From the NCBI GenBank assembly GCA_964016885.1, contig OZ024748.1, positions 14,136,001 to 14,200,000 on the forward strand: DNA of 64,000 bases, read 5' to 3'. Below are positions 42,860 through 57,025 of this stretch, in pieces. The DNA comes from Eledone cirrhosa (Eukaryota). How positions within the stretch are numbered: the stretch's first letter is position 1; every line of letters starts with the position of its first letter. The notes beneath the pieces were generated by a model, which was not told where the DNA came from, made no database searches, and saw nothing but the letters and a program-made list of their open reading frames with translations. The translations under genes and the position numbers were made by a program.

Positions 42860-43208
42860 TCATTATTCGTTACTTTTGCCTCATATATTTCCTCTTTTTC
42901 CTCGTCTTATCTTCCCCTCAAACATCCAGACAATATATTCTACGTTTCATTTTTGATGCCTTGTTTTAATTCTATGAAGCATGGATATTACGTATCATTA
43001 TGATACTACTAATAATACTACAATTCGTTGTAAACTACTAATAGTTATACATATCATTGATTGCAAGATAATACAAATGCGCCCATTACTAGCAGTGGAA
43101 AGTATTTTTCGATCACCATCGAACAACATACATCGTTATATTTTATTGTACTTTGCGTTTTATTATATTTATTCTTTTGTTGATTTTGAGTATTTATTGA
43201 ATTTCATG

Positions 43209-43253
<45 letters not shown>

Positions 43254-43464
43254 GGGGGGGGGTGTATATATATATATATATATATATATGGGGAAGTCAT
43301 AAACACATACATGCATACATTCATATATATACAAACACATACGTCTATATATATATAAACACATACATGTATATATCTGTGTGTTTATATATATATATAT
43401 ATACATATACATGTAAGTGTTCATATATATATATATATACACATATACATGTATGTGTTTATAT

Positions 43465-43506
<42 letters not shown>

Positions 43507-43829
43507 TGCTCAATGCGTTGTTCGTCCATTTACATACTCAATTCAATCATTTGTGTTTATTAGGAATATGTTTCAATAATACAATTAGTTTGTGTGTTTT
43601 TTTTATGATGCCTATTTATATATTTATTCATTTATTATTCCCTTCTTTCCTGCCTTCTTATCTGTGAATGTCTAAAGTTATAATGGTTCGTGCTTGGAAG
43701 GTTTAAATGACCACATTGCTTCAGATTAACATCACTTTTTTAAAGAAAACAAATGTATTTCTATTTCCCCTCTCCTCCCACCCTCTCTCATATAGTGTGT
43801 GTGAGTGTGTGTGTGTACATAGATACATA

Positions 43830-43937
<108 letters not shown>

Positions 43938-44795
43938 CGTGTACATAGATACATATATATGTGTGTGTGCATATCGATATATGTATGTGCATATATATAT
44001 ATGTATGTGCATATATATATGCATATATGTGTTCATTGTTCATATATCCTGTATATATATGTGCATATATATATATATATGTGTGTATATATGCTTATAT
44101 ATACACACATGCACACACACGCATGCACACATACACGCACACATATATATATATATATACATATACATACACACATATATATACACACACACACACACAC
44201 ACATTCATGTATTCATTTGAACCCTCCTCCGTCATTCCTAAGTTGCTGTAATTTTTTTTACGTTTCTTGTTTGTCTTTTTCTATTTGCGTGTATGTGACT
44301 GTATGATAGAGTGTGACTGTATGATAGAGTGTGACTGTATTATAGTGTGTGACTGTGTGATAGTGTGCGAGTTTGGTTATGTGATAATGGTTTCATTGCT
44401 GTTGTTGTTGTTCTTGTTCTTGTGGTTGCTCTTGCTGTTCTTGTTTTGTTTATATCTTCATAATTTATTGCTTCCTCCTAAATCTATATCGATTATTAGA
44501 TTTTCTTCTGTGTTTTTTAATGGTAGCAATTACCATAGAAAGCTATAGACCCGATTTCGATTCAAAATGGGAAATCAGTACACACAGTCATTCTTACAGA
44601 CTTATTGGGCTCGCAACGTTATAGGGAGGCTCTCCCGACATTCGGCGTCCCTTGGCATTTAACTATTCTTCTGCCTGATTCATCCCTCTTTCGAAGGTGA
44701 AAGCATTCATTTTGCTGTTTCTAATAGCTAGAATATATGCAGCTCACCGCACCTGCGTAAACAACCACGCCAGCGATGTTGTGCAAAAGGAACGA

Positions 44796-45709
44796 CAGTG
44801 GCCGATACAGCTGTGTGATTGTAACCCACAAATTTATGAGGAAGACTTGAATTTAATTTCCTGACCAGTCGATTCTGGAATCTATATCAATAGCTTGGGA
44901 CTAGAGATATTGCAAATTCTTTCTGCAGCTGGAACAACATGAAATAAAGTGTTTGTCAAGCAGACAACCCACCACCCGGTCCGTTAATCGAATTCACAAC
45001 TTCCTGATTGCGCCCCACCACCCGGTCCGTTAATCGAATTCACAACTTCCTGATTGCACCCACTAAGCCTCCTGTAACACTAAACGTCCCATATGTATTC
45101 AACAACAAGTATCTATCTAAAAACAGGTTTGTTAATTCAAATGTTTATAGTATCTTTAGTGGAGAGATCGTTATGATTATTTACAATTATTGGAGTAAAT
45201 ATTTTACATTTTAATCTGAGACGATCATTATACAGATTTGTACTTTTAGCGAATGTCCTTATAATGCGGTTACATGGGGAATTAAACCATTGAGAATTAA
45301 ACCCTTGTTGAGCCAATCGCACTACATGTTTGATCATAGCCGATGTCCTTCGGACTGACAGGCACAAACAAATAGATGGATGAAAGATCGATCGCAGCAA
45401 TGGAATAGACTGATCATGTATTTATCGAACTTACAAGTATGTAAGGGAAATGTTGTCAACCAGATAAATGTGATGTGTGGTGCAATCGACCTGTTTGTTG
45501 ACAATCTGGAGATCAGACGTCTGGCTGAGTGGCAAAGATTATAAAACAGTGGATTAGACAACAAAGAGTGGGTTAGAATCATACTTTTCACCACTGATTT
45601 CAAATACCCTTGATTTCGGGAAGATTATTGATATAGATTCTAGAACCGAATGGTCGCGAAATTAAAATCAAGTCTTCCCCACAAATTTGTGCGTTTGTAT
45701 CCGCCTTAG
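44796..45709. mobile_element. Non-autonomous DNA transposon with long imperfect TIRs
   Basis: 44823-44892 is reverse-complementary to 45626-45695; outer GGCCGATACA / TGTATCCGCC; internal 46 bp tandem duplication at 44968-45057. Confidence 0.7.
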
Positions 45710-46461
45710 AAATCCGTAATTTGATCCCACAAATGCAGTGAATTAGAACCTAAATTATCAGTCGTTTGGTGATTATACAGCACCGACCATAGAAAATGCC
45801 TTATGGTATTTGCTTCAGTCTGTTTGACGTATTTTTCCGAATATAATAAGCAACCTTATTTTAGACCAAAAAGATTTAGGGAAAAGAGTAAACTTTAGTA
45901 TATCATTGTTGTTGTATTCAAATGCTGCATATATTACAATTGTTGTGTTCATATGTTCAGTGTAAAGAGAGCAGGTAGATTTTGACATCATAGTTTGGAG
46001 CCAAAAAAAAAATGCGTTTTAAATACTGGCGAATAAAGTACATTATGAGTTCATATACTAACAAAGAAGACTTTAAGTTTTATCATGCATCATAAGTTCA
46101 TAAAATACAATACCAGTTATGTATTTATAGCTATTTCATCAAGTGTTTCCTCTCTTCTTTATATGTTTTTCTCATCCTCTATCTTTTTCTCTATCACTAT
46201 TTCTATATCTCCAAATTTTTATTTTTCTCTCTCCCCTTAAAATATGACCTAATGCTAAATTGGTAAGCCATTATTTAGATAACGAGAGAACAGTAATTAC
46301 ATATCGCTGCAGCAAGTTGTTCGACCATTTAAATCTGCAGATTAATCACAGAGCAGTGAACTGGAAAAGTACAAGTACAACGGCCAGGCTTCCAGCGTTA
46401 TATATATATATATAGAGAGAGAGAAAGAGAGAGAGATATATAGACATATATATATATAGAC

Positions 46462-46525
46462 ATAGGAACGAGTAGGACCCCGACGGCTGAGCTCAAGCCG
46501 TTTCGACAGCTAATTGTGGACTGAT
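46462..46525 (-). mobile_element. Family B fragment
   Basis: Reverse complement of GTCGAAACGGCTTGAGCTCAGCCGTCGGGGTCCTAC..TTCCTA. Confidence 0.7.
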
Positions 46526-47033
46526 ATGCCTATATATATATATAGACATATATATATAGGCATCTATATATATATTTAGACATATATATAGACATACATA
46601 TATAGACATACATATAGACATACATATAGACATACATATATATATATATAGACATACATATATATATAGAGAGAGAGACATTTATATATATATACAAATA
46701 TATAGATAGATACACATATATATGTGTATCTATATATGCACGTATATATATATATAGATACATATATACATATATATATATATGTATGTATATAAGTACG
46801 TATATATATATAGATACACATATATATGTGTATCTATCTATATATTTGTATATATATATAAATGTCTCTCTCTCTCTATATATATGTATGTCTATATATA
46901 TATATATGTATGTCTATATGTATGTCTATATATATATATATGTATGTATATATGTACGTATATATATATATATATATATGTGTGTGTATGTATGTATGTA
47001 TATATACGTATAGAGAGAGAGAGAGAGAGAGAT

Positions 47034-47079
<46 letters not shown>

Positions 47080-47103
47080 GTATGTAAATATACATATACA
47101 TAT

Positions 47104-47140
<37 letters not shown>

Positions 47141-47145
47141 CATCT

Positions 47146-47182
<37 letters not shown>

Positions 47183-47187
47183 CATCT

Positions 47188-47224
<37 letters not shown>

Positions 47225-47229
47225 CATCT

Positions 47230-47268
<39 letters not shown>

Positions 47269-47786
47269 CATACATACATATGTATATATATATACATACA
47301 TACATACATACATATATATATATTATATTTTAGTTACCGTTTAGTAACCATGCTGTGCTGAATGGCGATAGTGCAAGCAATTGTGACCGGAGTGATGCCA
47401 TCGACTAAGCACAAAAGGGATTCACATCCTTATTTCGATCAGTTCAACCATGTCAGATGCAGACAATATGTGTGTGTGTCTATGTGTGTGAGTGTGCGTA
47501 CGTATGTGTATGTGCGTGTGTGCACGCGTACGAGCGTGCCTGCGTGTGTGTATGTATGTAATATTTTACAGACTGTTCATCACAATTCCTCAACGTAATG
47601 ACTTCCAAGATATGTGTATGTAAGAAAGATTACAGTCGATGAAGAAAGAGAATGTAGATGTGTAATTGACAATGCGACTTACAGTTCTTATTTCGTTTAA
47701 GTCAGGTACAGAGAGATACACTTACATACTTACATACATACAGAGAAAGTAAGGAAGATATGTAGAGAGACAGGTTTGCATATATT

Positions 47787-47819
<33 letters not shown>

Positions 47820-48044
47820 TTAATACAACAACAGAGATAGTTTAAAGCTAAACTCTGACTGGTAACCATCTCACTCAACAAACATTAGGTTATATTAAAA
47901 TATAGACCCAATTTAAGTGTTTGGGGTGCTAACAATATGTATAATGTGGAAAGACCAGTTGTATTATTTTATGAGATATAATTAAAGTTAAAGTATATAT
48001 TAATTCAAAATATTAACAAAATAGATATTCTTGTGTCCAATTAT

Positions 48045-48110
48045 ACGTTATTATACATATTTCAGAGGTACTGAGTTAAGTTCAACAGTAGGTCCTCATC
48101 AGATAAAATA
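48045..48110 (-). ncRNA. Type-I hammerhead motif, family A relative with a different stem II
   Basis: TTAT-CTGATGA-GGACCTACTG..CAGTACCTCT-GAAA-TATGTA-TA-ATAA. Confidence 0.6.
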
Positions 48111-48517
48111 AGTTGATGCATGACATAACCTTACATAGTAGATGGTTAAGATTCAGTCATGGTAGTGAGTAATATATGACAAAACTTAATATTTATATAC
48201 CTTAATATTGAGAATATGAGATAACATAATACAAACAATAGAGAGGGTGCGTGTAATACAGCTTAAAAAAAATACATGGCATCAATCTAACAGTTATAAT
48301 ATTTTTTGATGCATTCATTCTTTGATGTAGTCATTGAGTCTTGTTTAACTTTTAAATATACATACATATATATATATATACGTACATGCATGTGTGTGAG
48401 AGTGTATGCGCATAAACATATAGGAATATATAAGTTGATGGTGAGTATGTCTAAGAAACTCTACAATGAGTAACAAACGAGAAGAAGAATTCTACACAAT
48501 GATGATATATTTTACTG

Positions 48518-48551
<34 letters not shown>

Positions 48552-48786
48552 ACAGATTAAAGTTTAAGCAAAGAATCGCTGCTTTCACCCTTAACGGTAC
48601 CTTGTAAACTTCGGATTTAGTCTTCACATTTATTATTATTACTATATATATATATATATATACATACACACACGCATATATATATATATTTATATATACA
48701 CAGATATATATATATACACTCATATTTATATATACACATATTTATATATACACAGATATATATATATATTTATATATCTATATATA

Positions 48787-48978
48787 TAACAAAGGAATTG
48801 TGGTAAGGAATCAGATGGACCATAACGCACCAGAGTACTCAATACTTAGGGTAGTAGAGTGGGAAATAGGAAAAAGTATGACCCCGACGGCAGAGCACAA
48901 GCCGTTTCGACTATTTCAGTCCAGAAATAGCCGTCGAAACGGCTTGAGTTCTGCCATCGGGGTCATACTTTTTCCTAT
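48787..48978 (-). mobile_element. Family B element: tail plus inverted repeat of the hammerhead 3' half
   Basis: Arms 48866-48911 and 48933-48978; tail matches 60520-60613 in reverse; (TA)n on both sides. Confidence 0.78.
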
Positions 48979-49233
48979 ATATATATATATGTATATAATA
49001 CGTGGTTCAGTAGATTCGTTGTTTACTGAGGCAGGTAGAAGAATCAGCACTTTGTGCTAAGGCAGAGTGTATATACTGAAAACAAAACTAGTTTTCACAT
49101 AAAGGTCTGTATTAATTATACTTAGTTACGACCGTATCACAGATCGATGGCACAGGATCTATATTAATGCTATAGACCCGACTCCAGTCCGATCTGCTCA
49201 TTACACTTGTTAAGCATTATTACTTCTGTGCCT

Positions 49234-49425
49234 GGTCGGTTGATTGGCAGTATCGGCAGAGGGTCGGACGCCATGCGTTGTAGCACAGTTACGTCCCTTT
49301 ACGGACTGAATTCAAATCCCGCCGAGGTTAACTTTGCCTTTCATCCTTACGGCGTCGATAAAATAAAGAACCAATAATACACTGGAATAATTGCTGGCCT
49401 TGTGTCAAAAAGTAGAAACCATTAT
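49234..49425 (+). mobile_element. Major SINE with a 19 bp TSD
   Basis: CATTATTACTTCTGTGCCT at 49215-49233 and 49420-49438. Confidence 0.92.
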
Positions 49426-49692
49426 TACTTCTGTGCCTAGATACAAGTATAGCTAAACTTAGGCTCTTGGGTAGATAAAATATTTCCATAATCCATAGTG
49501 TACTGATGATCCCATTAGCAAAAGCAATATCAATCTGTAAGAAATTCTGAAAGATTAGGCACTAAATGGTTCCGCAATTGATGACGTAAATAACAATTTG
49601 ACATTGTTTTTTAAATATAATATTTCTTTACAACGTTGCCACCAAGCAGGTGGCTGATTAAAATATACCTAAACCTTCAGTCGGGAAGAGAT

Positions 49693-49753
<61 letters not shown>

Positions 49754-50159
49754 GCGTATATAAATGCCTACTTATAAACGTTACAACACTCCATACAAAC
49801 ACAGTTTTCCTTCTAGATCTGTGTTATTGATTTCTTCCGATAGGTTGGCTGCAATCCAGACTGTAGTTTGGTTCAATATGTACGATTGATTATTCCCCGC
49901 ATTCGCTGTTCCACCATCTTCGATTCTATCTCGTGCAGAACAAGACTACTTCTTCTTCCTCTCCCTCGCTTCTACATCTTTTCATCTTTTTTCCTTCTGT
50001 CTTTTTTTCCTTCACCATCATCGCCACCTCTTCCAGCTTCCATCCTTCCTCCCCTTCCTCCAGATCACTTCCAACGGTCAGTCAAATAATTTTCACATTG
50101 AAATATCTGTCTTTCGCCTAATTAGAAAAATTAAATTATATGTATATATATATATACAC

Positions 50160-50232
<73 letters not shown>

Positions 50233-50293
50233 TGTATGTGCGTGTGTGTCTGTATGTGCTTGTATGTATATATATATATATATATATTATACA

Positions 50294-50369
50294 CAGGGTG
50301 TCCTAAAAAAGGTATACACACTTAACAACATTCTAATCAAATTGTGTAAACATCTATTGTGACACCCTA
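50294..50369. mobile_element. Tiny Tc1/mariner-like MITE (relative at 51796-51900)
   Basis: CAGGGTGTC..GACACCCT ends; GGACACCCTGTA at 51889-51900. Confidence 0.6.
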
Positions 50370-50431
50370 TATGTGTGTGTGTGGTGTGTTTATATATGTG
50401 TGCGGACTCTCGTGTGTATGTATGCTTGGAG

Positions 50432-50491
<60 letters not shown>

Positions 50492-50493
<2 letters not shown>

Positions 50494-50837
50494 AAGGCGG
50501 GTAAAATTCCCGAGATCCATGGACGAGTTCTCTCCAGCGGTCTCTGTCCCTCATTATCGCTGCCATGTCCTGCGTCTCCAACAGACCAGTGTCTGTCCTT
50601 AGGGCATCAACATACGTTAACCTTGGTCTTCCTCTTCTAGTGTGTCCATGTAGGGGCTCCCAAAGGAGCACTGAGTGCAATGTCAACTCTGGATGTCGGT
50701 GAGCATGTCCAGCTAACCTCAGTCTCCTCGTCAATTTTGAGCTGACTTTTGGGATGCTCCCATACAGCTCTGAGTTTTAATCCTCAGTGTATACTGATTA
50801 ATGTTCAGAGCCATCCTCAACATTCTCGTGTAGCACC
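50492..50837 (-). mobile_element. RTE/RTE-X-type LINE, 3' portion (ORF C-terminus)
   Basis: CYTRMLRMALNI..ELYGSIPKVS..RRLRLAGHAHRHPE..VLLWEPLHGHTRRGRPRLTYVDAL..DRDRWRELV; ends in (TA)n. Confidence 0.9.
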
Positions 50838-51325
50838 AATCTACCATCTTTTTATCATCGTAGTGGACTATTTTATGCGCCTTGCACTGGAGAAACACCA
50901 GGACTCTGGCTTTACTGTAGCACCGGCTCAGAGCAGGAGAGTTAGGGCGAAAAAGGTATCGGATGCTGAATTTGACGACGACATAGTTTTGGTGACAAAT
51001 ACAGTGAAGGAGGCAGAGGATTTGATGCGGGAGGTTGAGACTGTGTCGATGAGTGTGGGGCTGATAATGAATGAGACTAAAACAAAATATCTGGTAGAGA
51101 ATATTGAGAAGCCAGTGGGGATCACTAATGTAGGCGGGAAGCCGCTAGAATTGGTTGAGGGCTTCCTGTATTTGGGAGCAAAGATTGGGAATACGGAAGA
51201 TGATGTGGTTGAGAGGAAGAGCAAGGCCTGGGCGGCGTGCCACAGCTTGAGATCGGTGTGGAAGTCGGACCTTCGTAGAGACCTGAAAGTCCGCCTCTTC
51301 ATTGCTGTAGTGGAGTCTGTGCTAT
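50831..51325 (+). mobile_element. Inverted reverse-transcriptase segment of the same LINE
   Basis: LFIIVVDYFMR..DAEFDDDIVLV (decayed F/YADD motif)..VGLIMNETKTKY..FLYLGA..KAWAACHSLRSVWKS..KVRLFIAVVESVLY. Confidence 0.9.
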
Positions 51326-51326
51326 A

Positions 51327-51373
<47 letters not shown>

Positions 51374-51469
51374 GGTTGTTTTATAGATTTGTCTAGTAGG
51401 TACAGTAAACGTGCGTCGAATTTACACCAATAGTACAGGTTTCTCAAATCCGACTCCATTGAAAACTTA

Positions 51470-51667
51470 GTACAGGGCCAGTTACTATGGGGATGGGGAA
51501 AGTCGATTCTATTGACCCTAGCATATAACTGGTACTTTATTTTATAGTATACGGAAGTATGCAAGGCAAAGTTAACTTTGGCGTATTTTAAACTCAGAAC
51601 GGCGAAAATCGTAAAAAATATCGCAAAGCATTTTGCACGATGCTCAACCGATCTGACAACCCACCAC
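51470..51667 (-). mobile_element. Major SINE, long subtype, diverged
   Basis: GGAAAGTCGAT..ACTGGTACTTTATTTTAT..AAGGCAAAGTTAAC..AACTCAGAAC. Confidence 0.7.
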
Positions 51668-52929
51668 CCTACATTCTTTATTAATTAAATAACACACACA
51701 GAAGCACACATTCGTGTATGTGTGTGCGTGCGTGTATTCGCATATATATATTATTTATATATATATATATATATATACACACACAAACACACACATACAA
51801 GAAGTCCAAAAAAATATATACTAGAAAAATGCTGTGTATTCTAATAAATATTGTCTGTACACGTAATCATATTGCGTATACTTTCTGGGGACACCCTGTA
51901 TCTCTTTCTCTCTCTCTCTCTCATATATATATATTTCATACATACGTACGTACGCACGCACGTACATACTTACATAGACATACATGTGTGTCTGTGTGTG
52001 TATTTTTATACATATATTATCAGACACCTCCATGGACACATATATTGGCTGTGTATGCGTAAGCACGCGCGTACGTGTGTGTAGATTATTTCTCTTTTTT
52101 TTCTTTTTATGTACATTTTCTGTTTATGTACATCTCTAAAACCAGACCATCGTTAATGGCTACCTCCTCATTATTCATAGCGCTATATCCAATCTCCAAT
52201 ATGTCCACTATAGCTGCATCTCAGAAGCTTAACATCTGCTCTTCAATGTTAAAAATGCCACATATGGTGAGGAGTTCAGGACGAATTCTTTAAATAAATG
52301 TTTGTTTAATCTGTTTAGAATGAAACCGTCGGCTAGGTCTCACTAATACGGAAACTACGTTGATACATAAGACATCGATACATGACCTTTAAAATTCTGT
52401 GTCAATACAGACAAATAAAACACAGAATTTTCCTGCTGTTTATTTTATTTTATATATTTACTTTAATTTTATGTTTATATCGTTTGTATTTGTGGCTCAA
52501 CAGAGCTATAGAAATTGTAAACTGACTTCCGGTCCCGATACCACAATAAATTCTTTTCTGTTTTGCTTTGTTTTGTTTTGTTTTGTTGTTGTTATTTTTT
52601 ATTTTCATTCTTGTAATGTTTCTTCGTGAACTTGACAAGTGGAAATAAATTCATGGGATACCGAGATTCACTTGTCAAAGTCGGCCATTTTAGTGAAAAA
52701 TAACGAGAAAGAAATAGACTATGGCTTCACTCTTTTGTTAATCAAATTAACTGAAACCGGCCCTGATTTTATTAGTTGACGAGATTTTATGGATATCGTG
52801 AAAGTTATTCTTGACCAAAGTTCCAGGATATGTGATTTAACCCAAAACTACGTATTTACAAACCAAAAATTTTAACCACAGACACATCTATACTCAATTC
52901 AGCTTTTATTATTTTTCTATTGTCTGGGA

Positions 52930-53445
52930 CAGCGGGAGGATGATTAGCAGTATCGATAGAGCGTCGGACAATATTTTGTGGATCAATTGGAGACGGTAGC
53001 TCCTGACAGAAGCTGCTAGAATTAGCGTTTGAGGACTCTGCCCCCACGACCCTCTCAGAAATAAATGAATGAAGAAGAAGAGATAAGTTCTGAGTTCATA
53101 TCCGACGTAGGCTAGTTTTGCCTTTCATCCTTACGGGGTCGATAAAATAATGTACCAGTAATGCACTAGGGTCGATTAATCGACCCCCACCTCCTCAAAA
53201 TTGTTGGCTTTGTGCCTAAATCAGAGACCATTATTTTACTAATTTCAAGGGCAGCAGATTGGCAGTATCAATACAATATGGTTTACAGTATTCTGTTACG
53301 TTATGAGTTCAAATCCCGCCGAGGTTAGCTTTATCCCTCATCCTTAAGGGATCGTTAAGATATAGTACCATAACATACTCGGGTCGGTTTAATCAACTTG
53401 CTCTTCCCAAAAAATTGTTGGCCCTGTACCTAAATAAGAAACCAT
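52930..53445 (+). mobile_element. Tandem long-subtype SINEs; the first is split by a ~100 bp insert at about 52985-53085
   Basis: Head at 52930, core at 53090-53170, second copy at 53250-53445. Confidence 0.75.
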
Positions 53446-54107
53446 AATTTTACTACATTAAGTCATTACAGTGTGGCCATGCTTCAGCACAGCCTTGAAG
53501 GGATTTCGTCGATCGTATTCATCTACACCAGTACCTATTTCAAATCTGGTAAATATATATTATCTATCACTTTCCTGCCGCGCAGAAATGTTACAAGACA
53601 TTAACACTGACAAATACAAACAGAAATATAGGCGCAGACATACACATATGAAAAATACTGTATATACAATTTCCGTCGACCAAATTTCACGCAGAAGACG
53701 TTGGTTAAACTGAGGTCATCAGAGGCATTTGACCGAGATATCAAGCAACAGGAGGGAACATGACAGAAAGAGGTGAAGTGGACTCCTTAACAAAACTACC
53801 GTGCCTGCAGCCTTATCTCTCATTCTCTCTCTCAATATCTGTCTCTCTCTGTTGGTTCGAGATGATGTATAATACCACTAAACATATTGTATCGATCTAT
53901 AAAATCATGTGTGTGCATATATATGTAGAGAGAGAGAGAGAGAGAGAGAGAAAAAGAGAGAGAGAGAAAGAGAGAGAGATGGTGTTCACCTTTTTCTGAC
54001 TCTAGCAGCCATTCTTTTCGTCGAATTTTCTTAGTATAAAAATAAGATCCTACGTTGACCAGATTGATTATTTTAAGCTAACAAACGCTTAGCAAAGATA
54101 CGATTAA

Positions 54108-54175
<68 letters not shown>

Positions 54176-54296
54176 CGTATATCTAAAGATAAAAAGTTAT
54201 GTTTAATAAATAAACAGTTTGAAAGCCCAGCTACGAATACTGAAAGGCTGACGGCCAGAGTCGTCTAGCGGATTCCTGTAGAAGAACGATGGACAA

Positions 54297-54338
54297 CTTT
54301 CTATGCGTATTTCGAGCTAATGGCTCTCATCGAGACAG
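54297..54338 (-). ncRNA. Degenerate minimal hammerhead motif
   Basis: CTGTC-TCGATGA-GAGC(CATTA)GCTC-GAAA-TACGCA-TA-GAAAG. Confidence 0.45.
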
Positions 54339-54905
54339 TGCTTCCCAAGATTAGATACACAAGACATCGATCAATCCGATGGTAAGTCTATAGTAGAAAA
54401 CACTTGCTCAAGTTACCACACGCAGAGAGATGTGATCAAGCAAACCTACATTATGAGTGCACAGCGGTCTGTTGAGGCACACAACCACGCGAACCTCTGT
54501 TAATTATATAATATAATTATGTTTCATTTATTTTCATATTTAAACTGTTATAAATCGTTTGATCTACATTGTGGTAGATAGCAGCTTACTATGTCTTCAT
54601 GGATGCAATGAACTGAAATGAGGAGAATTACAACAATTAAACTTAGAAAATACAGCAAGGATGGGATGGCGGCATATTTTACTTATGAAGGTCACCTCAT
54701 TGTTTAGAGTGTAATCTAATAAAGCCACATGAAAGGAAACATTTATTGAATATATAGGGAAATGTATAATTATATTTATTGTGTAAATGAAATTATAAAT
54801 ATTAAAGTAAGCAATAAAAGTGCAGAGTGAACTTTTAAATGACTTTGTTAAGAATTTGACTTTTCGTTAAATATAATATAATAGTTATACACGTATATAT
54901 GCATT

Positions 54906-54946
<41 letters not shown>

Positions 54947-55034
54947 TTATTTGTAAATATATATATATATACACGAGTCCTGGGTTTAGTCGGGGGTAAC
55001 TACAGTAAATAAGGTACTCAATACTTTAGTAGAG

Positions 55035-55067
<33 letters not shown>

Positions 55068-55181
55068 CAGGATAGAACCAATTTCAAACTGGTTAGACCA
55101 TTATTCGACAGATAACTCGATAATTAAAGTATGGCTACTGGTTCTTGAAATGGCGGGAGCTCAGCCGTTGAGTTCCAACAC

Positions 55182-55214
<33 letters not shown>

Positions 55215-55523
55215 ACGGCGATGAATTAGTTTTGCGAGATTTTTTATATGAAATCGTGTGGAACTGGAGGAAACAATAGCACCACTGACGATGTTGCAGA
55301 TGTGCAACGAAAGAACTCTGATAAACTATATATATGTGTTTGTGTCTATATTGTATCTGTATTATTTTTGACCGCCGGTCAGTCAATGGCAACATTGAGG
55401 ACCGAATAAATTAGATTACCGATATAAAAGACACAGAAGCGAAAAGCGAAAACCAACCAAACAGTGAGTGTGTTCTGTTATTAATTCTGGCAATATTACA
55501 CAAATATAACACTCCCCAATTAT

Positions 55524-55569
<46 letters not shown>

Positions 55570-56554
55570 CTATGCATCGTCCATGTATTCACAGCTGGAG
55601 ATCTTCCCTCTCCAGTTGTGAATACAGACAATTTCTTCCCGATAGAGCACGAAAGAGAACTTGAAATAGAGCAGCGATGAACAATAAACATCTGTATTGA
55701 ACTAGAACTTTATTTATCGATCTCTGAAGAATGAAAGACAAAGAAAACTTCCATAGAGTTTGAATTCAAAATACAGAAACCCAGAACGAAGACTCCAAAT
55801 CATTCTATCCGAAATCCAAACAACTTTGCCTGTTTCCCACTGATTGCAACAGAAAGAATTAATTCCTTCTCTAAAAGAACGACACCAACAAAAAGAAACT
55901 ATATTTACTGGATATATTTTGATTTCAATTTCATTAGTTGTTTGGGTTTTTTTTGTATAAATGTTTAACGATGTGTGTAGCTGGCATGCTGATCGATAAA
56001 GCTGCTTTTGTTTTGTGTAAAGGAAGCAACTAAATCTGGTCGTGTTAGTACAATTTATTAATTTGATCCTCGCTTGCTTCAGGCAGTGTAGACTGATCCT
56101 TATCATGCCTATAGCACATCTTGTTTCTTCTTCTTCGCCTTCTCCATCAAATTCTTCTTCTTTGCCTTCGTCTTCGTCAAATTCTTCTTCTTTGCTTTCG
56201 TCTTCGTCAAGTTCTTTTTCTTCGTCATCCGCTTCTTCCTTTTCTTCTTTATCTTCTGCACTGGTATTTTTCCCGCGCAAACTTAATCCACTCGATGTTA
56301 ACTGATATTTCATGCAGAAAAATAACCTTTTTCCTTATAAATCCACTCTCTCTCTCTCTCTCTGTCTGTCTGCCTCCCTGTCTGTGTCTGCCTGCCTCTC
56401 TCTGTCTGTCTGCCTGCCTCGGTCTGTCTGCCTCTCTCTCTGCCTGCCTCTGTCTGTCTCTCTGTCTGTCTCTCTCTCCGCAAAACAATGCAAATACATT
56501 CAATCTATTTCAAGGATTGAACAAAGATACAAAAAAATGAAGTACAAATAGTTA

Positions 56555-57025
56555 TAATTGTTTCTACTTAAGGCACAAGGCCAGCAATTTGAAGAGGAGG
56601 GGAAAGTCTATTAAATCGACCACAGTGCATTACTGGTGTTGTATTTATCTACCCCGTAAGAATGAAAGGCAAAGCTAACCTCGACAGGATTTGAACTCAT
56701 AACGTAAAGGGCCGTAACTAGGCTGCCAAGCATGGTGTCTACCGATACTTGGCGATGGCTCGTTCTTTTGGTATAGTGTCGGTATAACATCTGCCAGAAC
56801 AAAAGTGTTATGAATAATAATGGTTTCTTATATAGGCACAAGGCCAACAATTTGGGGGGAGGGGAAGTCGATTAAATCGACCCAATGCGTACTTTATTTT
56901 ATCGACCCATAAGGATGAAAGGCAAAGTTAACCTCGGCGGGATTTGAACTCAGATCATAAAGGGACGTAACTCTATGATGCAAATCATGGCGTCCGAAGC
57001 TCTACAGATACTGCCAATCCACCGT
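56555..57025 (-). mobile_element. Tandem pair of long-subtype SINEs (56555-56745 and 56817-57025)
   Basis: Two reverse-strand cores. Confidence 0.85.

Noticed and set aside
49503-49530. Isolated CTGATGA (also at about 40946)
   Set aside because: No stem II or GAAA in the right position; chance match.
55714-56313. 199 aa ORF with an acidic tract
   Set aside because: The acidic part comes from a (TTC/TCG) low-complexity repeat; the rest has no recognisable domain and a non-ATG start.
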